This document shows, piece by piece, positions 1 through 64,000 of a stretch of 64,000 nucleotides of DNA (position 1 is its first letter; each line of letters begins with the position of its first letter). The notes under the pieces were generated by a model. It did not search any database, had not been told where the DNA came from, and saw only the letters and a program-made list of their open reading frames with translations. Source of the DNA: the human T2T-CHM13v2.0 reference genome, Homo sapiens. The stretch lies in the NCBI RefSeq assembly GCF_009914755.1, contig NC_060929.1; one strand, given 5' to 3'. The translations under genes were made by a program, and so were the position numbers.

Positions 1-1089
1 CCTCTCTCTCCTGATCCTTGCTCATGATGTTTTGCCCAGATCTTAAAGTAGAAGAAGTAGAGGGCATTGGGCTTCCTATAATTGGGGAAACCTGGAGTAG
101 GAAAGGGAAGCGGCTTTTCCCAAGGTCACGTGGAAAGTCGTTCCCTTCTCAGCTGTGTGCTCCCCTAGCATCCATGGTGCTATCTATGAAGCACACATGA
201 GTACACGCATAGTGTGGGAATATCTCAAAAAGTGGTCATTTCTATGTTTTTATCATGATAGAATTTTAGGCAAATCACTTCATCTTTCTGAACCTTAGTT
301 TTCTCATCTACAAAATGCATATGAAAATAAGCCCCTCAACAGTCAGAGACGCGTTCCCTGTTCTTCCCCACCCCTAGCTCAGTGCCTGGCACAGACTGGG
401 TATTTGCTAGCATTTGATGACTGAATAAACAACTGAACAAATAAATAAATGAATATCTGAATGAATAAAATTTTACGATCAAATTAGATAATGAGGCTTC
501 CTAAACTTCAGTTGGTGATGAACAACAATCACAATTTTTGACATATCTGCTTAATATCTGGACATTCATTTAATTTGTGTTATTCTTAACATCAACTCTT
601 TTTCTTGCCTCATCCTTCGCAATAATATCTGTGAAGTCATAGGTTTGATGAGCTTGTATTATATATTTTTAATTTTAAAAAATATATTTTAATACATGCT
701 TATTAAAAATATGATCAAACAAAAGCATTCATCTACATAACCCTTTAAATAATCTCCCACCACACCCCCAGTAGTAAATGGGAAACACTGGTAAACTCAA
801 AAGTGTGCTGCAGACCATAAAGTACCATGCACCCAAGAGTCTGAGATGGTCTTGATCTCCTGGACTCAATTATTTTGATGTATTATCCGAAGAAGGATAA
901 CTTATCAAGCCTGAGAATGACTAAGTTTATCAGAACCTTCCCTGAGCTCCCACTAGGTTGAAGAGAGAGTGAGTAGGTGGGCACTGGACAAGAAAGAGAG
1001 AAAAATGAAATACAAGCAAGAGAGGAGAAGAGGGACTCAGGCCGAAGTCCAGCCTGACCCTTCCCATGCCCGTGCCAGGACCTGTCTCA

Positions 1090-53867
<52,778 letters not shown>

Positions 53868-54120
53868 GTGTGTACCATCCTACCCTGGCCGAGGCCCTTG
53901 GGAACACAGGCCAGAAGAGTGCTGCAAGGGACAGCCTCCCAACGGTGTCCCTCCTCCCGCCTCCTCCCTGGCACACGAGGGACCGAGGCCTGCTCAATGC
54001 ACAATGCAGCCTTTGATATCCCGGCTACAGCAGGAGGCCCAGGGAGGGTGGGAGGGGCAGCCCAGCCCAGCCTGCAGGCCCACAGCTCCTGCACTGTCAG
54101 GCCTGGGGAACAGGGCTCCT
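53868..54120 (-). promoter_or_regulatory. SH3TC2 5'UTR and proximal promoter (no clear TATA box, CpG-poor)
   Basis: Directly upstream of the ATG: GC-box/EGR-like CTCCCGCCTCC (~53954), SOX-type ACAATG (54001-54006), CCTTTGAT (54010-54017), G-run cluster 54042-54057. The TSS cannot be fixed from sequence. Confidence 0.6.
54042..54057 (+). other. G-quadruplex motif with 1-nt loops
   Basis: GGGAGGGTGGGAGGGG. Confidence 0.75.
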
Positions 54121-54159
54121 CCCTGCCTCTCAGCAGATCGCTTCATGCCTATCAGCCTG

Positions 54160-54519
54160 CAGCACATTCCTCGCATTCTAGGATTGAGATACACAGTTTG
54201 GTTCTTGTGAGGGCAGCCAGGGCTGGGGAGGAGGGCAGAGAACATCCCAGAGATCAAGACTGCTCTTCTTGCTCCCTCCCCGACTGACTTGGCCCACACT
54301 GACTGGCCTGCCACCCCTTTACAGTGATCTCCACCCAGTCTCTCTCTGCAAAGGCCTCCCTCGGCTCTCTGATAAAGTTGGAGCTGTGGGTGCAGCATTT
54401 CACTTGGACCTAGCAGCATCAATGAGCCAGCTCCTCACTGGGGAACATGCAAACCCCCAGCTGCTGGTGTGCAGGAAAAGAATCCAGGAGATCACCTGAT
54501 GAAGCCCAGCATTTTACAG
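54160..54519 (+). ncRNA. Possible first exon of a divergent lncRNA head-to-head with SH3TC2
   Basis: I recall an annotated SH3TC2 divergent transcript here. The sequence itself shows only a strong + donor CAG|GTGAGG at 54519; the start coordinate is a guess. Confidence 0.35.
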
Positions 54520-54549
54520 GTGAGGGGATGGAGAACCAAATACATCAAA

Positions 54550-54847
54550 GGATGGGGAGAGGTTGGTCAATAGGTAAAAGGTTAGAGTTACATAGGAGGA
54601 GTAAGTTCTAGTGTTCTATTGCACAGTAGGGGGACTACAGTTAATAACGTATTGTATATTTCAACATAGAAGAGAGGATTTTGAATGTTCTCACCACAAA
54701 AAAACAATGATGTTTGAGATGATGGATATGATAATTACCTTGATTTGTTCATTACACAATACATAGATATATTGAAACATCACATTCTAGCCCATAAATG
54801 TGTAGAATTATTATGTGTCAATTAAAAATAAAACTAAAAGAAAAAAT
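54550..54847 (+). mobile_element. L1MA-like 3' end
   Basis: TAAGTTCTAGTGTTCTATTGCACAGTAGGG...TGTCAATTAAAAATAAA. Confidence 0.8.
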
Positions 54848-56299
54848 ACAGCAAGTCTACAGGTATGCAAGCAAAACTGGTCCCACAAGACTAACCTCTT
54901 TCCTGTTTCAGATAGGCAGTGGAGCAGGGGAATCCAGTTGACACTGTGGCTAAATTTCAGAAAACCTCCCATGAGATCTTGCAAAGGAGATGGAGAAAAT
55001 ATGGCTGAATGCCAGCAAGGTAGGACGGAAGCATGACTGCTCTAACAACCAAGCTCAAAGAGCACTGCTCACCCAATGTTTCCTTCATGACTAGAGCAAA
55101 GTGGTGAAAGGACCCTGGTGAGAGGCCCAAAGAACAGGAGGTGTGAGCCAAGAGAAGGTCCTGCCAGGCCTATGTTGCAGGCTATTTGGAGGCTGAACTT
55201 GAGGTCAGTATCACCAGCATTTTTAGGACGGCAGTGGCCTGATCAAGTTTATATTCTGAGAGGAGCACTTGGGTGACCAGGTGAAGAATGGCCTAGGGGT
55301 CAGTCCCACCAGAGATCAGGAGTATCCACCTCACACACCAGCCTAGCCCCAGAGGACAGGGTCTTGAGCCTGTCTCTGAAGCACTGCTCCCGTCTCCATC
55401 CTGACTCATCCTGAGACACAGTTACTGAATGTTTACTGTGGGCCAGGCTCTCACTGTACATTATTCTATTCAAATCCCATAACAGCCCCATAATGTAGGC
55501 ATCATTTCTACTTTGTAAGTGAGGAAACGGATAAAGAGGAGTGTATAACTTGTCCAACTCCCTCCCTTCTCCCACCATTTATGAATGTCAGAGTCAAGAC
55601 TGAGCAAGGTCTAGTTGATTCCACAGCCCAGAAGAATCACGTTTCTGATACATGGGATACATTGTGGGTTCTCCCATGACTACTAGGACACACAATGAGA
55701 AAGGCCTAGGAAGGACTGAAACCTCTGGAGCCAGCTAACCATTTACACAAAGCCCAGGAGATGAGAGCTGGGGCAGGGAGTAGAGCGCAGGAGGGATGGG
55801 GTCTCTCTGATCACATTGCCACCGGGGAGGATGTTTTCTCTGTGCAGGTCTATTTAAAGTATCTACTTCCCATACGTTTCTCATGTGTTTCCCTTACTGA
55901 AGTACAGTGTTTTTGAATATGAATTCAAATGTTTTCTTGGGCCCACAATGAAAGGACAAGAGTTTCTTTAGAAAACAGCCACTTAAAACTGGGATGTACT
56001 TGAAAGTCAGGCAGTGACAAGAAGCCCCATGCTCTAACTTACACACGCTGACAGATGCGCAGACTTATCATTGCTCCTTGGCTGGTCTGCACACCAACCA
56101 CTCTTACACAGGTACAACAACAATCAGACTATAAATGATCAAAATCAACTATTGAAAGGATCCCAGGCCATGTGTCAGAGATGACACCCTAGGCAGTTGG
56201 CTAACACACACATTGCAGCAGGTCTTAAATGAATAGTCCATTCTGGATAAAGTCATTGCTTCCCTTGAGATGCAAGAAACTGTGCTGTTCTGCTCCTGG

Positions 56300-57830
56300 G
56301 TAGCCTGATGAATTGACTAGAGCAAAGAGACTTCCAGCAGGAGCAAAGGCCCTGAAGTAGGAACTTGCTTAGCATGTTAAAGGAAGTGTGGCTGAAGGCT
56401 AGTGAGGTAGGTGAGGGCACAGAGATGAAGTCAGAGAAAGCAGCAGGAGACCAAACAGTGTAGGGCCTTAGAGGTCATCTAAGGACTCCAGTTTTTACTC
56501 TGAATGAGGTAAGAGCCAATGGAGGACACTAAAGAGAAGAGTAACATGCATGACTTACGGTTTTAAAGGGTCAGCCTGGCTCATGGGCTATAGATGGAAC
56601 TCCAGATATGCAGCAATTGTAACATCCAGCAGAGAGATGATAATGTCTTGAACCAAAGTGCTATTGGTAGAGGTGATGAAAAGGGTTTAGGTATTAGACA
56701 CATTTTGAAATAAGGGTGTATTAGTCAAGGTACTCCAGAGAAACAGGACCAATAAAAGTTGAGAAAAAAAAAAATTAACAAATTGGCTCCTGTGAGGGTT
56801 GGCAAATCTGAAATCCATAGGGCAGGCCAGCAGTCTGGAGACTCAAGTAAGAGTTGCTATTGCAGTCTTTAGTCAAAATTCCACAGAGCAGCAGACTAGA
56901 GACTCATATAAGTTTCCCATGTTGCAGTCAAGAATTCTTGAGAAGAATTTCTTCTTTTTCAGGAAACTTCAGTCTTCAGTCTTAAGGCCTTCAACTGATT
57001 GGAAGGCCCCCAGTCAGCTAGTGGGAAGACCCATGCACATTAGAGAGGGTAATCTGCTTTGTTCACTGTCTACTGATGTCAATGTTAATTATCTTTAAAA
57101 AAAAATACCTTCAACATCTATTTTGTTCTTTGGTCAAACAACTGGCCACCATAACCTAGCCAAGAGAACACATGAAATTAACCATCACAGAGACCCATGA
57201 GGATGTGTTGATACATTGAATGTATGAGAGGAAAAAAAAAAATCTACTTTAGAGTAGTTCTGATTTTTTTTATCTGAACAACTGAAATAATTTAATAATT
57301 ATTGAAATGTTAAATGCTAGGAGAAAAGAAGCTTTGTGAATTGAAACCAGGAGTTTGGTTTTGTATATGTAATATTTAATAGTCCTTTAGTATATCCAAG
57401 CAAATGTAGACAAAGCAATCTGGAGTTCATGGAGAAGTTAAAAGCTGAAGGTAAGTATTTGGGAGTTGTCACTGTGTAGAGGGTATGTAAAGTTAGAAGA
57501 CCAAGCAAGATCTCTTAAGGCAGAAAGTGGAGGATAGAATACAGAGGATATATCAAGAATGAGCCCTACAAGCACATTAATTTTTATATGAATAAGAAAG
57601 GAGTAGAAACCAGCAAAAGCGATAGAGAAATAGTGGCCAGTGAGACGATATGCACCAAGAGCATAAGATGGTACAGAATTCAAGTGAAGAAAGTGTTTCA
57701 AGAGCAGAAGGTGATTAACTATGTCAAATGCTGCTAATAAGTAAGATGTGCACAGAGAATTTACCACTGGACATCTTGGTGGAGCAGTGGAGATAAAAGC
57801 TAGATTGAGAAAGCTTCAAGAGTATACGGT
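56300..57830 (-). mobile_element. L2 remnants (further pieces at ~60115-60560 and ~61030-61300)
   Basis: Purine-rich L2-like motifs; TTCAGTGAACAAATATTTATTGAGCACC near 60130. Confidence 0.6.
56717..57189 (-). mobile_element. MLT2-type ERVL solo LTR within an L2
   Basis: TGTATTAGTCAAGGTACTCCAGAGAAACAG ... AAATTAACCATCACA. Confidence 0.8.
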
Positions 57831-58026
57831 AAAAAAAAAAAAAAAGTGGAGCTCCAACCCACCTTCAACTCACCACCATCACCATCATTGCCATCATTAT
57901 GGAATACCTGTTATTCCCTTAATATTTGTTTGGTGTTCAGGGGTTACAAGCTCATATGGCTACAAGAGCCACGCAGCTGATAGAAATGAGTGAACTGGCC
58001 AGGAGATAAGTGGCAGCTGATCCCAC

Positions 58027-58797
58027 TGTAATTGCCTAATGGATTCTTTCTGCCTGCTGCACAGACAAAACCAGTTCACTGAGACTGGTATTGCAGCAGA
58101 GAAAACCTTTCATTAATGTGAGGCCAGCCATGCAGAACAACCAGGGTTATCACTCCAGTCAATCTCCCTGAAGACTCAGAGTTTAGGGTTTTTCAAGGAT
58201 AGTTTGGTGGGCAGGCAGGGAGGGGTTGGGTGCTGCTGATTGGTTGGGGGTGCAATCATAGGAATGTGGAAAATAGTCCTCATGCACTGAGTTTGTTTCT
58301 AGATGGGAAACACAGGACAGGTGAAGTCATGAGTAATGAGTCTGGGTGGGCTCAGTCAGTTGCCAGAATGTAAAAGTCTGAAAGACATCTCAAAAGACCA
58401 ATTTTAGGTTCTACAATAGTGGTGTTACCTACAGAAGCAATTGGGGAAGTCACAAATCTTGTGACCTCTGACCACATGACTCCTGAACAATAAGGGATTA
58501 TAGAAACTATATCTACATTTTAGCAGAATTCAGGTCCCTCCCATAATCTTAATCTTATGGCTTTTCATTAGCCTTACAAAGGCAGTTTCAGCCCCCAAAC
58601 AACAAGGGAATTCGTTTTAGAGAGGGACTGTTATCATCCTTGCTTCAAAGTTAGACTACAAACTAAGTTCCTCCCATGGTTAGCTTGGCCTACACCTAGG
58701 GATGAGCAAAGACAGCCAGCCTGTGAGGCTAGAAGCAAGATGAAATCAGTCACATTAAACTCCTCTCACTGTCATAATCTTTGCAAAAGAAGTTTCA
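58027..58797 (-). mobile_element. LTR8-type ERV1 solo LTR
   Basis: Minus strand starts TGAAAC..TTTGCAAAGATTATGACAGTGAGAG and ends ...ATTACA. Confidence 0.8.
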
Positions 58798-59009
58798 CTG
58801 GTGTCAAGGTTGGGGCAACAACAGGGAGAGGTGTACCTGTGGGGCATGGAGGGCACTGCTCTGTCTAAGAAGAAGCCCCTGCTAGGCTTTGGGCATTGAG
58901 GAACATGGTGCAAGACAGGCCTGTGCAACCACACATTCTCTTTTGTCATGGAAACCAAAAATCCAGATTTGTAAGTGAAGCTTCCTAACGTTTAAATGTT
59001 TATAAGCTA

Positions 59010-59115
59010 TAGGAGGCTAAGGCAGGAGAATTACTTGAGGCTAGGAGTCCAAGACCAGCCTGGGCAACATATAAATACCCTATCTCTAAGAAAATGCTAA
59101 AAATAAATAAATAAA
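59010..59115 (+). mobile_element. Partial Alu/FLAM monomer
   Basis: GGAGGCTAAGGCAGGAGAATTACTTGAGG...CAGCCTGGGCAACA with an A-rich tail. Confidence 0.7.
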
Positions 59116-59330
59116 TATTTATAAATTATTTCAAAAAATCTTTCAGAGCACTATGTGGTCCAATACCTCAGGACAGACAAACTTGCCTGCAGACCAAATC
59201 CAACCCAAGAGCCACCCACCAGTATGCCATTTCAGACATAAAATTGAACCTTTTTCTTAGAAAAATTGTAATCTAGTTGGAGCAATCATAACTTAGGTAC
59301 TATAATTCCAGGGAAAAACTGAAAAGATCC

Positions 59331-60089
<759 letters not shown>

Positions 60090-61309
60090 GATCCCATAAG
60101 AGACAAGAATATGTCATTTCTCAACAAATTGTTCAGTGAACAAATATTTATTGAGCACCTTCTACACCTAGGCATTTATCTAAGTCTAGAGGATAATCAG
60201 CAAGGAAAAAAGACAACATATCGCCCTCATGTAGCTTTCACATTCTAGTGAAAGGAGAAAGGCAAGAAACATAATAAATAAGTAAATTATACAGTGTGTT
60301 AGATGGCGGAAAGTGTTATGGAAAAAAAAAGGGTCTGCCACAGTAGAGGGGCTGCAGTTTTCAGAAGGGCAGAGAGACAGAAGTCATCACTGAGAAAACG
60401 ACAACTGAGCAAAGACCGAAAGGACATGAGGGAAGGATCCAGGGGCAGCCAGGGGAAAAGCATGCCAGGAAAAGGGAAGAGCCAGTGCAAAGGCCCTGGG
60501 GCAGAAGCGTGCCCATCATGATAGAGGAAGGGCAGAAGAGAGTGTGACTTGAACATGGTGAGAAAGAGGTAGGAAGCAGACACCTTCAAGGTCATAATTA
60601 AAGAAAGAATGAAGAAAGATCTTCATTACAAAAGTGTAGGCAGGCTTAAGGCAAACCAGCAAGTATGATGACGCACTCCAGGGCTAGAAATAAAAAGAAA
60701 CGATAACATCCTTAGGCCTGAAGGCACAAAAGGAGAGGTAGCTAGTGGAATCTAGCAAGAGCTGGCTGCAGCCAGGGCCCAGTGCCAGGGGCTGTGTCTT
60801 TGATAGAGAAACATAGTTATGGCCTAGCCAAGGTCATGAATGGAAAGGGGCCAGCAGAATAAATACTCCATCTTCTCACCTTCCATCTTCCCATGACTGA
60901 ATATAATTGGAAGCCAAAGATTGAGAGAGCTTTGTGGAGGAAGCCCATAGAGGCCAGCCTCCTGGGGGCACAGCACAGGGTAGAGAAGAGTGCAGAGTGG
61001 GTTCCAAAGGATGACTGAAGATTCGGCAGCATAGGGAGATTAGCAGGAGATGAAGTCAGAGAGGTAACAGGGGCCTGGGTATGTAGAGCTTGCTAGATCA
61101 TTTTAAGGATGGTGGCTTTCATCTGAGTGAAATGGCAACCATTGGAGAATTTTCGGTGGAAGAGTGATATGACTTATGATTTGAAAGAATCACTCCAGCT
61201 GCTGTGTTGAGAATAGACAGGGTGGAAAAGGACAAGAGTGAAGCAAGAAGACTGGCAAGAGGCTATTGCAGTAATGCAAGCAAAAGTGTGGCTGGACCAG
61301 GGGGTTGGC

Positions 61310-62139
61310 CTAAAGGAAAACAAAACTGAGGCAAACTTAATATAAGTAGAGTTTATTTGAGCCAAGTTTGAGGACTGCAACCCAGAATTATAGATTCAAG
61401 TTGCCCTGAATATGAGCTTGGATTAGCCACAATTACAGGTGGGTTTTTAAAGGAAAAGAAGAAGCAGTTCCTAAGTTATTTACCAATAATTTACATTAAA
61501 ATAACATAAGCTATTGATTGGCTATACATTGTTATTAAATTCCAGGAAAATGAAGATTATGAGTGAGGCAGCTAGTCAGGAAAAAAATGCCTTTAATAAC
61601 GGACCCATGGTATGGGTGCAGGAGACATTACTGAAGTCCCATATTCATGACTCTGAGCCTGATAAATTTTGCATACCTCGCACAGCTCAGATTGTTCTGA
61701 GCTATTTTTCTTTTCTTAAAAATAATGTTAAACTAAATTTGGCCTAAGGACGCCTCCATATTTGATTTCTTATGTTACAAACTATAACCTAATTTAGTAC
61801 ATAAACTAACTGAAACTAACTTGGGTGTATACTTTTGTAACAAAAGCTGAGTCTCAGCCCATCACAGCAGCAGAGCTTCAGTCAATTAAAGGTGGCCAAC
61901 TGATCAAACTATGATCAAATAAGGCAAATACTGAGCTGTAACCAATCAAGCAGCCTCTGTACCTCACTTCTGTTTTCTGTCTGTAAATGCTGCCTGCTCA
62001 AGTTGCAGCCTGGAGCTCTCTGAAACTGTTCTTGTTCTGGTGGGGGTGGGGCAAGGGTGGGGGTGCCCAATTTGTGAATCATTCTTTGCTCAATTAAATG
62101 CTCTTAAGTTTAATTTTTCTAAAGTTTTTTCTTTTAACA
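61310..62139. mobile_element. Two adjacent ERV1 (MER4-group) LTRs in opposite orientation; the right one is MER57-like
   Basis: ~61727 TGTTAAACTAAATTTGGCCTAAGG ... TTTAACA on +; an antisense LTR-like segment at ~61310-61716. Confidence 0.65.
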
Positions 62140-62285
62140 GTAGAAGCAGTGGAGGTGATGAGAAGTGGTGAGATTCTGGTTTATTTTGCAGGTTGACGCA
62201 GAATTAACTGTTGCATGAGATGTGGGGTATGAGAGAAGGCCTGAGTACCTAGAAGGATTGGGATGCCATGAACTGACAGAGGTTG

Positions 62286-63363
62286 TGTAATAGTGTGATA
62301 TAATAAGAAATACATGGTGGGCATGGTGGCTCAAGCCTGTAATCCCAGCACCTTGGCCACCACTGCAGGACCATTGCTTGAGTTCAGGAGTTTGAGACCA
62401 ACCTGGACAATATAGTGAGACCTCACCTCAAAAAAAAAAAAAGAAGAAGAAGAGGAAATACATATTTGATCTCTGCCCCTGGTTCTTGAGACAGAGCTCC
62501 TAAAACTTTTATGATTCCCTAAGTGACAAGATCACCTGATGCAGAGCTCCTAAATCCCTTGGAATTTCCTGGAGGACAGGAGCATCTTTTGTTCTAAAGG
62601 TCACTCTTGGTGGACTCCTCAATAGCCTCATGATGGGGGCTGGTAGCCAGGGGAATCAACCGTGTGATTACAGTAGAACTTTCAAACCCCACTGACCTGA
62701 CCTCTGGGGAAGAGAGGGGGTGCTAAAGATGAGCTAATCACCAATGGTCAATGATTTAATCAGTCATGCTACACAATGAAGCCTCTATAAAACCCCAAAA
62801 GGACAGGGTTCAGAGAGCTTCCTGGTTGATGAATCAGTAGAGGTGCTGGGAGGATGGCACACCTGGAGAGGGCATGGCACTCTGTGCCCCTTCCCACATA
62901 CCTTACATTATGCCTCTCTTCCATCTGGCGTTCATCCACATCCTTTTGTAATATCCTTTATAATAAATGGGTAAATGTAAGTCAAGTGTTAGTCTGAGTT
63001 CTGTGAGATGCTCTAACAAATTAATCAAACACAAAGAAAGGATCATGGGAACCCTTGATTTATAGCTAGCTGGTCAGAAATACAGATCACAACCAGGGGC
63101 TTGTGACTGACACCTGAAGTGGAGGGCAATTTTGTGGGACTGGGCTCTTAAACCGTGGGATCTGACACTATCTTCAGGTAGATGGTGTCATAACTGAACT
63201 GAATTATAGGACACCCAGTTGGTGTCTGCTGGAGAATTGCTTGGTATGTGAGGAAAAAAACAGACACATTTTGGTGAGAAGCAATAAAATACTCTACATG
63301 CTGTGTTGAGTGTTGTATCATGTGCCCCAGTAGGAATAACAGCTTGTTTTTCCTATTGTTACA
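62286..63363 (+). mobile_element. MER21-type LTR with an inserted Alu monomer (~62315-62445)
   Basis: TGTAATAGTGTGA...GAGCTCCTAAATCCCTTGGAATTTCC...TTGTTACA. Confidence 0.75.
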
Positions 63364-64000
63364 ATTGGCACTGGATCTATCTCATATAGGGGACAGGAGG
63401 AGGCCTGCCAGGAGAGCAGGCTTGGCTGAGTGGGTAGGTGAGGTGGAACTGTTCACAAGTCTGGTATTTAGGGGAAAGGTCTCTATGGAAAATACAAACT
63501 TGGGAACCATCAGTATATAGATATATATTCGATATGAAAATGAAGTTAACACTTCTCAACAGGAAAAACAAAGTTTTTTGGAGGAGGTGGCATGTGATTG
63601 GGGACCTTGAAGGATGGGATTTTCATAGTCAGAAATAGGTGGGAAGACAATCCCAGATTAAGAAAGAGCCATTATCAATGCTAGGATTCACATTGAGGCT
63701 AGTTTAGGGAACATTTTTTCAGTTTGAATGAGCAGAGGACTGATTTTGGAGGGAGCCAGTGGCAGAAATATGAGCAGAATATTAGCCTTGTGACTTGCTG
63801 TACACTCATGCATCTATCTACGAATTCATCAGACACCACTGGTTACCTTAAAAGCTGTGTTTGTTGTGGACATTAACAACAACAATCATAAATGCATATT
63901 GAGCCCTTATCATGTGCTCATGTGAAAATTCCTCACTTAATATTCACCCCCAACTAAAAATAAGGAAAGTAAGAGTCTGAGTGATTTTCTCCAGTTCTGT

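Overview
Human (primate) genomic DNA. The minus strand carries coding exons 1-14 of SH3TC2, the SH3/TPR Schwann-cell gene mutated in Charcot-Marie-Tooth 4C. All 14 exons have GT-AG boundaries and splice into one open frame of 3327 nt (codons 1-1109); the remaining 3' exons lie off the left edge. Intron 1 contains the MIR584 hairpin (derived from a MER81-type MITE) and a full-length U6 copy fused to an L1 3' end; intron 2 contains a tailless 5S rRNA fragment. The rest is intronic or upstream sequence dense in Alu, L1, L2, MIR, LTR and DNA-transposon fossils. I see no new multi-gene system. The best leads, all untested, are two frame-preserving UGC-preceded microexon candidates in intron 1 (one overlapping the MIR584 hairpin base), a strong-Kozak uORF overlapping the start codon, a 49-bp direct repeat flanking exon 9, and several unusual retrotransposition products. 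Repeat subfamily names are recalled by eye and their boundaries are approximate.
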